Virus record (IMG/VR): IMGVR_UViG_3300020478_000003
Location: 1-64,000 of that record
Length of the DNA: 64,000 nt
Source of the DNA: a virus
Strand: one strand, 5' to 3'
Translations under genes and position numbers: made by a program
Shown here: positions 39,001 through 47,954 of the stretch, piece after piece
Layout: each line of letters begins with the position of its first letter
Numbering within the stretch: position 1 is the stretch's first letter
Notes under the pieces: generated by a model
What the model was told of the DNA's origin: nothing
Seen by the model: only the letters and a program-made list of their open reading frames with translations
The model's database searches: none

Positions 39001-39616
39001 TGTTGAACCTTTCATAATCATTCAAGATGCAGGCGGAACTGTTGGAACTGATGATTGGTCAGTCGGAAATGGATTTGCTGGTACCGTTGTACTAAATAAT
39101 GGTATAGGAGCAGTATCGATTGTTGATGACTGGGCAGATTATGTAGATGGAGAACAAAGGGTTGTTATTGTTGATGCTCACGCCGAACCAACCGGATTCG
39201 GAGCCACGGGTACTGCTACTGTAGGAGTATCTGGAAACGTAGAATCAGTTTCAGTAACTAATGCCGGTTCAGCATACAAGACACCAGTCGTAATGGTTGC
39301 TGGTCCAGTTAGTATGACTGCCCATATGTCTTCTATTAATAATGTTAATACTAATTTAGCATTATATGGACCTGAAGGAAATTCAAATGATTCACCATTC
39401 TCAAATAATAATACTGCTAATACTAACAAGAAGAATGGAATAATGATTCAATTTGAAAATCCAAACGGACATACATTGAACGATAATTGGGTATTCAAAA
39501 CGCAATCTTGGAAATTGGGTACTCCTGCAAGTATACTATATACTTCTAGTAGATACGATGGTAACCTTGAAAATATGCGAGGAATTATAACTCTTAAAGA
39601 TGTTTGGGAAACATAA
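36023..39616 (+). CDS. Tail-fibre/appendage protein with GSGY-type repeats, an HxH module and a plastocyanin-like domain
   Basis: Coiled-coil N-terminus, many (V/I)xxxGxGY repeats, GHTH..GHTH..AHVH, and F.P..IT..VGDTVTFTN.D..PHTVT. Confidence 0.75.
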   Translation: MSVTLSNITTAVDPFNDIPDITFDSIDVSAYTEEVEIYTNTPAVMIPAKLNAMAASMKNWLNDNVSAPLENQQNTFKNEVVVRTNTAMNAVETYMNNEVQSFVNTVFVPWANDAGLVLSNHANLQESNVTTTLNQLQADYTAHVISQDALIAQALVDMLASLSQYTSGAADSGYTVHQTNELLADITMTRQIDFSDYLYDHNNDVIFAHEGPNITHHINYKPTDGTVLSFGESMQIFGEPRPFIQHLRLEISPEDTPSVKQIKAYDIFKNTSAGGVHSFRGTGHEADGEPAVELTILNNLSVADTDNPEIILRRGSEAALMFGGIDKGDYAKLVEIDGTTVYNKGVVGNYAQDYDTILFKPHQSYCHDGASGVTGWGVIADDHASGIDGDGGAYDTPTKCEEYVDSSVALLDDLSRSYEYNIPGESYESAISDGLIYKVYINDDTGFIDSYAYSIDANGKTGTGAILTPYYDDGVSDVTMTSGGTKYSTNTKARIFDLGAVDQTGSVETKATATFTLKDGMIRDVGFTDYGAGYTGYWEVDVAAEVGGDGHTHKVHLTQTEVNTIMGGGTVVSTTVDAGHTHDQTVGWNAFNQSFEFISTTGAHVHPLEVTTHVVNPTLSINVATSTGGLAEGTVYLKEDDSIDYVVMTNGGADYDAADTLTISGGTPSTPAVCTFTLANGGIAGFSMVDQGTGYTDSTAKTVAVNIQNDAFSPSVITANVGDTVTFTNLDIQPHTVTHSGGMFDSLDIPQNAVFSYVVTKATELTDKYELYDTNNTQITATLWVRDNPCYIDMVTSTGGGLYGKATVNASGNVTNIAVERPGEGYQNTDTVKVIDISGAGEGAYATVETDRSVGSVIITNGGSGYDQETEVFAYDPTGFPDGSGGTIYGSGAILKPTINTEYQAAYCADPQYTDQAACEAALNVWYPAIELGQITDIKVQAGGSGYKDIEFIINDVTESGSGCILAPDQNNVVTAVNFSSRGGQGTAGGNAYVEPFIIIQDAGGTVGTDDWSVGNGFAGTVVLNNGIGAVSIVDDWADYVDGEQRVVIVDAHAEPTGFGATGTATVGVSGNVESVSVTNAGSAYKTPVVMVAGPVSMTAHMSSINNVNTNLALYGPEGNSNDSPFSNNNTANTNKKNGIMIQFENPNGHTLNDNWVFKTQSWKLGTPASILYTSSRYDGNLENMRGIITLKDVWET

Positions 39617-39629
39617 TATTAAGAGTTCA

Positions 39630-39649
39630 TATAAATAGTAATATAAATA
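39630..39649 (+). promoter_or_regulatory. Tandem T4-type late promoters
   Basis: TATAAATA at 39630-39637 and 39642-39649. Confidence 0.75.
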
Positions 39650-39687
39650 GAAATGAATATTAAAGAACATTTGGAGAAAAAAGTCTA

Positions 39688-40686
39688 ATGGATATTTTAA
39701 CACTAGGAAAAATGAACGCTATGGCGCGGGATGTTGACGTAACGTTGGAATATCTAGCCAATGCAACCTTCCAAGCCCTAAAAGATGTTTGTGATATACA
39801 AGCCGGGATGGAGGCAAATTTAAATACCATCGCTCAAAATAACATTGATGAAGTAAATGCCGCTGGACCAAATCGTGGAATACAGACAAGAGAATATTTC
39901 AACGATTGTGCCCGAGGCTGTCATTGTATGGTAGGATGTTCAGATACCTTTACTGTTCCTCCCGGAACAAAAACTATTATGTTTGAAGCCTGGGGTGGCG
40001 GTGGAGCCGGTGCAGGACATTGTTGTCAAGGTTGCTGGTGTGATGTGGCATCTTGTGGATCAAATGGCGGATTTTATGGAAGAAAGACTATCTGTGCAGA
40101 AGCAGGGCATTTCGACGGTGTTAACGGAGGAGATGTTTATACGATTTGTGTAGGAGATGGAGGTAACGGTGGAAGTCATTGTTGGACTGCTTGTTGCGAT
40201 GCTCCTCGAGGTTGTGCTTCATATGTAACTGGACCAGGACTTACAAACTTTTGTGCTGTAGGTGGACGAGGTGGATATAATCTTTATTGTACTTGTCAAT
40301 GTAATATGAGTCATTGTTGGGCTGAAGCCGCACATTGTAACGGAATGATAATGTGTGCTCCAGTTGGGTGTAATCAAGCAACAAATATGGATTCAACAGG
40401 AACAGGAGCAGTTAACGGTCAAATGTTTGAAAAAGAACAATTGAGTGCTGGACATTGTGATTGTGGCGGAAGATTTACAAGAACAGGTCAATCAGATGGT
40501 TTAACAAATTCAATAATGCAACACATTGGACACTCAATGTCTTATTGTGGATGCGAAACACCTTGCTATAGCTTCCGACACGCAGGTGGTGGAATGAACA
40601 CTATGAAAGCATACTGCGGAAATCCACTAGAAAATTGTCTAGGTTCTCCTGGAAGACCAGGCTTAGTTAGAGTAACATACGCATAA
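39688..40686 (+). CDS. Cys/Gly-rich putative adhesin/fibre-tip protein (gp38-like glycine-rich fold), copy 1
   Basis: FTVP.G...FE.WGGGG.G, YTI.VG.GG, A.GG.GG and G.PGLV.VTY glycine-rich-domain signature; about 30 Cys. Confidence 0.65.
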   Translation: MDILTLGKMNAMARDVDVTLEYLANATFQALKDVCDIQAGMEANLNTIAQNNIDEVNAAGPNRGIQTREYFNDCARGCHCMVGCSDTFTVPPGTKTIMFEAWGGGGAGAGHCCQGCWCDVASCGSNGGFYGRKTICAEAGHFDGVNGGDVYTICVGDGGNGGSHCWTACCDAPRGCASYVTGPGLTNFCAVGGRGGYNLYCTCQCNMSHCWAEAAHCNGMIMCAPVGCNQATNMDSTGTGAVNGQMFEKEQLSAGHCDCGGRFTRTGQSDGLTNSIMQHIGHSMSYCGCETPCYSFRHAGGGMNTMKAYCGNPLENCLGSPGRPGLVRVTYA

Positions 40687-40699
40687 GGATAATAGTAAA

Positions 40700-41392
40700 A
40701 TGAGCGACACTTGGCAAGAAACTGTAGATGTAGATTATCAATATGATTGTCCCTCGGAGAATTATCTTGATGGTCCGGCGTCTGAAAGTATAACAGAAAA
40801 TTACAACGGACCAGCCAGGTTGGTTGCTCTTGTTGATAAAGAAACTAAATTAGTTGAAGTAACATTACGAGAATGGGAAGCATATGATGGTCGCCCAGAC
40901 AGAATAAATTGCGATAACGTAGTTATTGACTGTTCAGCAAATGCTTTAGTATGCGAAGTTCTTTCTGATTATCATAATAATCATTTAGATACATCCGAAG
41001 TGCATCCCGAAGAACCTAGAGAAATGAAATCGATTCCAACTCCTGACGGTTACGAAGAATTTACTTGGTTCTATCCAATTCATCCAGACGAATTATATGA
41101 TTCAAACAAAACTACATATGAAGATGGTGAATGGAAGTTATATAAGAACACAAATCAAGATATTTTAGGACAGGGAGAACCTGCAAATTGGGACGAAATA
41201 CGACAAATGCGAAATGGAATGTTGTGGATGACAGATGCGACCGCAAATGCAGCCGATGCTCCCGCAGACCTTAAAGCAGGAGTAACTGAACTAAGGCAAA
41301 AATTACGGGACTTGCCTGAGGCATTAAAGGATATAGACGATATCTTTGTTCCTTCATCGTTCCCATCAACTAAAATTTTGGAGCAAAAGTAA
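40700..41392 (+). CDS. Tail fibre assembly chaperone (Phage_tail_APC-like), copy 1
   Basis: C-terminal W..IR..RN.ML..TD......P.......RQKLRDLP motif. Confidence 0.75.
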   Translation: MSDTWQETVDVDYQYDCPSENYLDGPASESITENYNGPARLVALVDKETKLVEVTLREWEAYDGRPDRINCDNVVIDCSANALVCEVLSDYHNNHLDTSEVHPEEPREMKSIPTPDGYEEFTWFYPIHPDELYDSNKTTYEDGEWKLYKNTNQDILGQGEPANWDEIRQMRNGMLWMTDATANAADAPADLKAGVTELRQKLRDLPEALKDIDDIFVPSSFPSTKILEQK

Positions 41393-42363
41393 TGGATATA
41401 TTAACGCTAGGAAAAATGAATGCGATGGCCCGGAACACGGACCAGGCTCTCGAATTAATGTCCAATCATCTATATGAAACTCAACAAGAGATATGTGCTT
41501 TTCAAGCATCTAATGTAGATAATATTAACTCCGCTGTAGCTACAGGATTGGCACAACTAAGCCAAAACGTTGCAGTTACAATGTCTACGGATCAAAAACA
41601 TTTTTACATTTATAATACTTCTCACTGGTCAGCATATAATGGAGGATGTTGTTTACAATGGACAGTTCCTGAAGGAACATCAATTATTACTTTTGAGATT
41701 CTTTCTGGAGGTGGACCAGGTGGTTCAGCTGGATACGATTATGATATCGGACACGGTGGAGCCGGTGGAAACTATAACGAAAAAACTATATGTTTAGCAG
41801 GTGGACATTTTCAATCGTCTGCTGGAAACGAATCAGTTTATACATTATGTGCAGGCGGAACATCAGGATGTTCTTGCTGTACAACTTGTAACCGAGCGTG
41901 TAGACACGGATGTACTTCATTTGTAACAGGAGATGGATTATCCAACTTCTGTGCAATTGGCGGACACGGTGGATCAACATCTTGGGACGTACAATCATCT
42001 TGTTATAACTGTCATATCGGTGGAGTACAATGTGATAGAGGTAACTACAACGCAGGTTGGGTAACACATAACTGTAACGAAGCCGCTTATGGTGGTGATA
42101 TGTGTTTCAGAGGTATTGCCGCTGGTATGCACAAAGGATACAGTTGTTGTAATGAAATTACAAATGGTCAAGGAAGTCCTGCAGGACCGTTCACAGCACC
42201 TTGGTCCGGTGCGGCAAACCATTATTGTGCAGGAGATTATGCTTGTTGTGCTGGTCACTCAGCATTCCCTGGTGGAGGTGGAGTAGGTGACGGAAACGCC
42301 GCTGGTACACCTTGTACAGGATCTTGGGGAGCCGGTGGTCTTGTTAAAGTGACTTATCAATAG
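41392..42363 (+). CDS. Cys/Gly-rich putative adhesin/fibre-tip protein, copy 2
   Basis: CC.WTVP.G...TFE..SGGG.GG, GG.GGNY..KTI, FCAIGG, PGGGG and GAGGLVKVTY; about 23 Cys; paralog of 39688. Confidence 0.65.
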   Translation: MDILTLGKMNAMARNTDQALELMSNHLYETQQEICAFQASNVDNINSAVATGLAQLSQNVAVTMSTDQKHFYIYNTSHWSAYNGGCCLQWTVPEGTSIITFEILSGGGPGGSAGYDYDIGHGGAGGNYNEKTICLAGGHFQSSAGNESVYTLCAGGTSGCSCCTTCNRACRHGCTSFVTGDGLSNFCAIGGHGGSTSWDVQSSCYNCHIGGVQCDRGNYNAGWVTHNCNEAAYGGDMCFRGIAAGMHKGYSCCNEITNGQGSPAGPFTAPWSGAANHYCAGDYACCAGHSAFPGGGGVGDGNAAGTPCTGSWGAGGLVKVTYQ

Positions 42364-42382
42364 AATTAGGAGAAATTAGAAA

Positions 42383-43141
42383 ATGGCTAAAGTACAAAGA
42401 ACCGTAACATACAATATGCCTGATGAGTTTGAGCAGGAAGTGCCTACTACTGCGTTGGGTAAAACCTCTACGCAGGAGTATAACGGGCCGGAAACTCTAA
42501 TTCTCTGGATAGACAAAGAATCAAAAGATATTGAGCAAACTTGGGACAAGGATGATTATACAGAACAACCAGTTCCATTAAATTGCGAAGTACACGAATT
42601 ACACGCAGATTCAGACGAAAATTGTATTAAAATTGGAATACTGTTCGGTGGATTTGCTCAACGCAAACTTTATGAAATTCAAGTTGGTCCAGCCGCAGAT
42701 AAGAACAGAGTTATTCCAGATCCTTCGGATCCTAGACAAATCTTTTCTGAAAATGATATTGTCGATGATTATACTCAGCCTCTAAAATTTAGGACAGATT
42801 GGCGCCGATATGATGATGATTTCATACGTGCAGAACGTAATGGTAGATTAAAAGAATCTGATGGAAGAATTGCAGAAGATATGCCTGCAGACCTTAAAGC
42901 AGAATGGGAAGCATATCGCCAGAAATTACGTGATATTCCTGCTGATTGGGCTGCCGTACCTAATCATTTAATTATGTTTCCTCAAGCTCCAGATGGAGAA
43001 TATGACGATAGGTATATTAAGAATGAAGATCCAGAACACGAAGTAACTTTAATTTCGGCTCGTACGGCTGCGGATAATGATGCAATTGGTCAATTAATCC
43101 CGATTGCTGGAATAGATGAAGATGAAAGTTCTCTTAAATAG
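42383..43141 (+). CDS. Tail fibre assembly chaperone (Phage_tail_APC-like), copy 2
   Basis: IR.ERN..L..SD..I..DMP..LK..W..YRQKLRDIP; shares YNGP..L...DKE with copy 1. Confidence 0.78.
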   Translation: MAKVQRTVTYNMPDEFEQEVPTTALGKTSTQEYNGPETLILWIDKESKDIEQTWDKDDYTEQPVPLNCEVHELHADSDENCIKIGILFGGFAQRKLYEIQVGPAADKNRVIPDPSDPRQIFSENDIVDDYTQPLKFRTDWRRYDDDFIRAERNGRLKESDGRIAEDMPADLKAEWEAYRQKLRDIPADWAAVPNHLIMFPQAPDGEYDDRYIKNEDPEHEVTLISARTAADNDAIGQLIPIAGIDEDESSLK

Positions 43142-43167
43142 GACCAAAAGAAAAAATTAATATTTTG

Positions 43168-43193
43168 AAGGCTTCTTTCGGGAAGCCTTTTTT
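43168..43193 (+). terminator. Rho-independent terminator with UUCG loop
   Basis: AAGGCTTCT-TTCG-GGAAGCCTT followed by a T-run. Confidence 0.85.
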
Positions 43194-43220
43194 ATTTGTA
43201 ATATAAGTATAGAAAAAGAC

Positions 43221-43249
43221 TTGACAAGTCTGATTGGTTATGTTATAAT
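43221..43249 (+). promoter_or_regulatory. Consensus sigma70 promoter with extended -10
   Basis: TTGACA (43221-43226), a 17-nt spacer, then TGn-TATAAT (43244-43249). Confidence 0.85.
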
Positions 43250-43281
43250 TGTCGTTAAAATTTAATCTGAATTGAGGTGAT

Positions 43282-44427
43282 GTGATGAAAAAAGGTCGTT
43301 CTAAGGCTTTCTTTATTAATGGTGGCGCTGGAAGAGTAATATGTTCTATACCTGCATTTGAAAAATATGCAAAAGATTCTGGTGATAAAAATTTTGTAAT
43401 TGTCTGTGAAGGCGGAATGGACTTCTACCGAGGTCATCCTGTCTTACAAAAACACTCATACGAAGTATGGCATAAAGGTCTTTTCGACCAACATCTCCGC
43501 GATAAAGATATCGTAACTCCAGAGCCATACAGAATCAACGAATATTTCAATCAAAAATGTTCTCTTGCTCAAGCATTTGATATCGAAATCAATGGTCTTG
43601 ATAAGCCTAGAGAATTACCTCCCCCTTCCATCACTCTCAATAAGATGGAATCAGTTACTGGATATCAAGCGATTCAGCAAATCAAATCTCAATTAAACAA
43701 AGACAAAGCACTTATTGTTCAACCATTTGGTCGATCCGTAACACAAGTAGGAGAATATTTAATTGACGGCACTTCAAGATCCTTTGAAGTACAGAATATA
43801 ATCAATATTATTGATGGTCTCCGTAAGTTTTATGCAGTAATTGTAATGGCGGATCTTGCACTTCCTATTCCAGAAAATAAAGAAGCACCAGTTGCAATGC
43901 CCAGAGAACCCAATTTAAGATTGTGGGCTTCTATGATAAATTCCGCAGATCATTTCTTGGGATGTGATTCTGTTGGACAACATATGGCAAAAGCACTTGG
44001 TAAAACCGCTACTGTAGTTATTGGTTCTACTGTACCAATTAATATTTCTTATCCTAATGATGATAATATTGACATTATAGATATTGGAAAAGAAAATGGA
44101 AGAGATTATGCTCCTATTAGACTCACTATGGATGATGAGAAAGATAGGGCGAATGATGGTTCAATGATGCTAACTGAAGAACAAGAGCAACGGGTTATCG
44201 ATTCGTGTATAGAATATTTAGGCGAAGGAAAGGGATTTCAAGGAAGATTTATTCCTACCGGACATACTCAAAGTTGTTCAATGCACAATCCTACTGAAGA
44301 AGCAATTAAAGAATCTAAATATGATTTCAAAGCGGAAAATCTTTTAGCAGATTCTAACAAAGATAAAAACGCTACTATTGAACCGTTTGGAAAAGTTGAG
44401 CCTTACGAAGTGAAAGTAAATGAGTGA
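43282..44427 (+). CDS. GT9/heptosyltransferase-like GT-B glycosyltransferase
   Basis: NGG.GR.I.SIPA, I.QPFG and I..AD.FLGCDS...H.A.ALGK...V..GST.P resemble the GT9 C-terminal motif. Confidence 0.65.
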   Translation: MMKKGRSKAFFINGGAGRVICSIPAFEKYAKDSGDKNFVIVCEGGMDFYRGHPVLQKHSYEVWHKGLFDQHLRDKDIVTPEPYRINEYFNQKCSLAQAFDIEINGLDKPRELPPPSITLNKMESVTGYQAIQQIKSQLNKDKALIVQPFGRSVTQVGEYLIDGTSRSFEVQNIINIIDGLRKFYAVIVMADLALPIPENKEAPVAMPREPNLRLWASMINSADHFLGCDSVGQHMAKALGKTATVVIGSTVPINISYPNDDNIDIIDIGKENGRDYAPIRLTMDDEKDRANDGSMMLTEEQEQRVIDSCIEYLGEGKGFQGRFIPTGHTQSCSMHNPTEEAIKESKYDFKAENLLADSNKDKNATIEPFGKVEPYEVKVNE

Positions 44428-46156
44428 GTGGATAGCTGGTATTGCTCTAGGGCATAATGCTGGCGTTTGTTTATTAAAAGATGGTGAAATTGTTTTCTCT
44501 GTTGAGGAAGAAAGACTATCAAAGTTTAAGCACGACGGTGGTCCTCTTCTCAGTATGATGAAAATCTTAGACTATACAGATAAACTTGATTATCTGGTAA
44601 TCTCTCATTTAATAGCTAATCCAGAAGACATAAAAGAATACACGGTTTTAGAATATACTAGAGAACCTCTTTATCAAGGATTTGCCAGAAGATTAGGATT
44701 AATTGAACAATCAAGACTAGTTAAAGAACAATCACCACAAGTTATCAATATGATTGATAACCATCATCAATGTCACTCCGCAATTGCTTTTTACAATTCT
44801 GGATTTCAGACAGCGGCGAGTGTTATTGTAGATAGCAATGGAAGTTCTAATCGATTAACTGATGACGGAGTAATATATTATGAAACAGAATCTATTTTTG
44901 ATTGTTCTTATACAAAAGGAATAAAAACAATATATAAAAAGGTTCATTGTACTAAGGGAAAAAGTTATTTATTACTAAAAAATTATAATCCCGATTTGAA
45001 CGAAACGTTTGATTTAGAAGCAGATGAAGGTCCGGGAATTGGAAAAGTATGGGATGCGGTCACAGATTATTGTGGATTTCACGTAAACGAATGTGGAAAG
45101 ACAATGGGATTATCTGCATACGGCGCACCAAACCCAAACTTACCAGACTTATTTCAAAATGATACTGCTAATAAAGATTTGATAAAAGCATTTTATCCAT
45201 ACAGATCCGAACTGAATACAAACAAATATAATATTTTAGATGTTTTGGAATCAGCCGATCAGGATATGGCTTTCAAAGTACAAGAGGAAACCCAAGAACA
45301 AGTCTTAAAGTTAATTATCAAAGCATCCGAGATGAGTAACAATAAGAATGTGGTATTAAGTGGAGGCTATGCTCTCAATTGTGTTTCTAATTATTATTAC
45401 TTGGATAAACTGAAAGAACACGATATTAATTTGTATGTAGAACCAAATTCGTCTGATGCTGGAACTGCAACTGGTGCCGCCTTGTTATATCATTATCGAA
45501 AAGGTGATATAAATAAACGAGAAAGAATTGAGAGTTTATATCTAGGGCCGGAACAAGAGTATACCGGTTACGATGTTTTTCAAATTATTGACAGTTACAA
45601 TGGACAAGTGAATGATGCTTCATATAAAGAAATTGCCGAACTAATTAAAGAAGGAAATATAGTTGCTATATTTCAGGGTAGGTCTGAAAATGGACCTAGA
45701 GCATTAGGAAATAGAAGTATTTTGTTCAATCCAACCATAAAAAATGGCAAAGATATCGTAAACAAAGTAAAGAAACGGGAATGGTTTAGACCATTTGCCG
45801 CTTCAGTAATGAAAGAATATGCTCACGATTGGTTTGATATGAAAGGCTTAAAAGAGTCTCCTCATATGATGTATGCGGTTGATGTTAAAGAAGATAAGAA
45901 AAATTTAATACCAGCAGTTTTACACGTAGATGATACTTGCAGAATACAGACCGTTAATAAAAATGTAAATGAACATTATTATAATCTCATTGAGGAGTTT
46001 TATAAATTAACAGGTATACCGTTATTGTTCAATACTTCATTGAATCTAGCAGGAGATCCTTTAGCGGAAACTCTTGATGATGTGATGAAAATTTTAACCG
46101 ATTCGGAAATGGAATATTGTTATATGCCCGAACACGCAACTTTAATTAAATTATAA
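44420..46156 (+). CDS. Carbamoyltransferase, NodU/CmcH/TobZ family (copy 1)
   Basis: GHNA..L..DGEI...EEERLS..K, HH..H...AFY.S.F, GKTMGL..YG, SGG.ALNC..N, D.G.A.G, GR.E.GPRALGNRS, KREWFRPFA and NTS.N. Confidence 0.93.
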   Translation: MSEWIAGIALGHNAGVCLLKDGEIVFSVEEERLSKFKHDGGPLLSMMKILDYTDKLDYLVISHLIANPEDIKEYTVLEYTREPLYQGFARRLGLIEQSRLVKEQSPQVINMIDNHHQCHSAIAFYNSGFQTAASVIVDSNGSSNRLTDDGVIYYETESIFDCSYTKGIKTIYKKVHCTKGKSYLLLKNYNPDLNETFDLEADEGPGIGKVWDAVTDYCGFHVNECGKTMGLSAYGAPNPNLPDLFQNDTANKDLIKAFYPYRSELNTNKYNILDVLESADQDMAFKVQEETQEQVLKLIIKASEMSNNKNVVLSGGYALNCVSNYYYLDKLKEHDINLYVEPNSSDAGTATGAALLYHYRKGDINKRERIESLYLGPEQEYTGYDVFQIIDSYNGQVNDASYKEIAELIKEGNIVAIFQGRSENGPRALGNRSILFNPTIKNGKDIVNKVKKREWFRPFAASVMKEYAHDWFDMKGLKESPHMMYAVDVKEDKKNLIPAVLHVDDTCRIQTVNKNVNEHYYNLIEEFYKLTGIPLLFNTSLNLAGDPLAETLDDVMKILTDSEMEYCYMPEHATLIKL

Positions 46157-46165
46157 GGATAAAAA

Positions 46166-47947
46166 ATGAGTCAGTGGATTGCAGGAATGTCTCGTGGACA
46201 TAACGCTACAGTATGTTTATTGAAAGACGGAGAAATCGTGATGCAAATCGAAGAAGAAAGATTATCACGAAGAAAATATGATGGCGGACCATATGCCGGA
46301 ATAGTTAAAATTTTGGACTATACAGATAAACTTGATTATCTAGTGATTGCTCATACCCAGCCAGATGTTAGTAATGTAGATTTTAGGGGTGGAAGCATAT
46401 ACAATGGACTTGCTCAAAAATTGGGTCTAATTAATGATGATTCTCAAGTATTGGATATGCACAAATGGCACCATAAATTACACGCCGCTTGTGCTTTTTA
46501 TAGGTCTGGATTTGATGAAGCAGTGGCAGTTATTGTTGATGGTGCCGGAACATTTATTCCATTGATTTTGAATCAAGAAGAAGTTATGTCTTGGGAATTG
46601 GAAACGATAATGACTTGTAATTATCCAGATGAGTTTAAAACTCTCTATAAACATCAAGGAGGTAGAGGACCTTGGGCATCTTATTATGATGCAGAACAGG
46701 AATCTAGTCGAGAAGGCGAAACAGGAACACACGAATTGATACTTGATGATTCTGGTGGTATCGTAAAAGCATATGAAGCCGTAACACAATATTGTGGATG
46801 GGCGCCTATCGAAGCTGGAAAAACGATGGGTTTATTTCCATATGGCGGACCATCTGATTATTTTCCTCCTATATATTCTGATGGAGGTGGTGGAGAATGG
46901 AAAACTACAGACAGAAATTTAATTATTCCAACATTTCCCAATGGAGCAGTGGTCAATGAAACTCGTTACAAAGGATTGAGAAGTACCGCAGAAGATATGC
47001 GAGGTGATGTAACTTTGCTCCAGAATCGTAGAGATATGGCTTGGGCTATTCAAAAAGAATCTCAACAAATGGTTCTTGATTTGATTCGCAAAGCGGTTGA
47101 GATGAGTGGTAAGAAAAATGTTGTTCTTTCTGGTGGATATGGATTGAATTGTGTCGCTAATTACTGGTATCTTGATCAATTAAAAGACGAAGATATAAAT
47201 TTTTATGTAGAACCTGTCAGTAATGATGCAGGAACTGCTATGGGTGCGGCATTCCTGGCCCATTATTCTCTTACTAAAGACACAAAAGTACGACCATATG
47301 GAGAGAATCTGTGTTTGGGTCCTGAGGTAATGCAATCTACTGAAGATATTATTAAAATTGCAGAAAAATATGGAGCAACTGGTGTATATGAAAAACAATA
47401 TGCAATAGATGCCGTTAAATTAATTTTGAAAGAAAACATTGTTACCTTATTTCAAGATAGGTGTGAGAGCGGTCCAAGGGCTTTGGGCAATCGTTCTATC
47501 CTATATGATCCACGAACGGTTGAGGGAAAAGACTATGTTAACTCCGTAAAAAAGAGGGAATATTTTCGACCGTTCGCAGGATCTATTCTTCACGAACACG
47601 CCCACGATTGGTTTGATATGCGTGGAATGGAAGAATCTCCTCATATGATGTATGCAATGTATTGTAAAACAGAAGAATATGCAAAACAAATTCCGGCTAT
47701 TATTCACATAGACGGAACTTGTAGAATACAAACTGTTAAAGAACATCAAAATCCAATTTACTATGAAATCATTAATGAGTTTTATAAGCAAACTGGAGTT
47801 CCAATTATCTTTAATACATCTTTCAATCTTGCTGGTGAACCCTTGGTGGAAACTATCGATGATGCGATTAGAACATTAGCGGAAAGCGATATCGAATACC
47901 TATATATACCAGAGAAAGAACTTATTATAGAAGTAGCAAACAAGTAG
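46166..47947 (+). CDS. Carbamoyltransferase, NodU/CmcH/TobZ family (copy 2)
   Basis: Same Kae1-like and YrdC-like motifs: EEERLSR.K, HH.LHA..AF, VDGAG, AGKTMGL, GPRALGNRS, RPFAGS, NTSFN. Confidence 0.93.
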   Translation: MSQWIAGMSRGHNATVCLLKDGEIVMQIEEERLSRRKYDGGPYAGIVKILDYTDKLDYLVIAHTQPDVSNVDFRGGSIYNGLAQKLGLINDDSQVLDMHKWHHKLHAACAFYRSGFDEAVAVIVDGAGTFIPLILNQEEVMSWELETIMTCNYPDEFKTLYKHQGGRGPWASYYDAEQESSREGETGTHELILDDSGGIVKAYEAVTQYCGWAPIEAGKTMGLFPYGGPSDYFPPIYSDGGGGEWKTTDRNLIIPTFPNGAVVNETRYKGLRSTAEDMRGDVTLLQNRRDMAWAIQKESQQMVLDLIRKAVEMSGKKNVVLSGGYGLNCVANYWYLDQLKDEDINFYVEPVSNDAGTAMGAAFLAHYSLTKDTKVRPYGENLCLGPEVMQSTEDIIKIAEKYGATGVYEKQYAIDAVKLILKENIVTLFQDRCESGPRALGNRSILYDPRTVEGKDYVNSVKKREYFRPFAGSILHEHAHDWFDMRGMEESPHMMYAMYCKTEEYAKQIPAIIHIDGTCRIQTVKEHQNPIYYEIINEFYKQTGVPIIFNTSFNLAGEPLVETIDDAIRTLAESDIEYLYIPEKELIIEVANK

Positions 47948-47954
47948 GAGAAAA

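Noticed and set aside
41995-42020. CYNCH as a c-type heme site
   Set aside because: A single CxxCH in a very Cys-rich protein with no signal peptide is likely chance; noted only within the adhesin finding.
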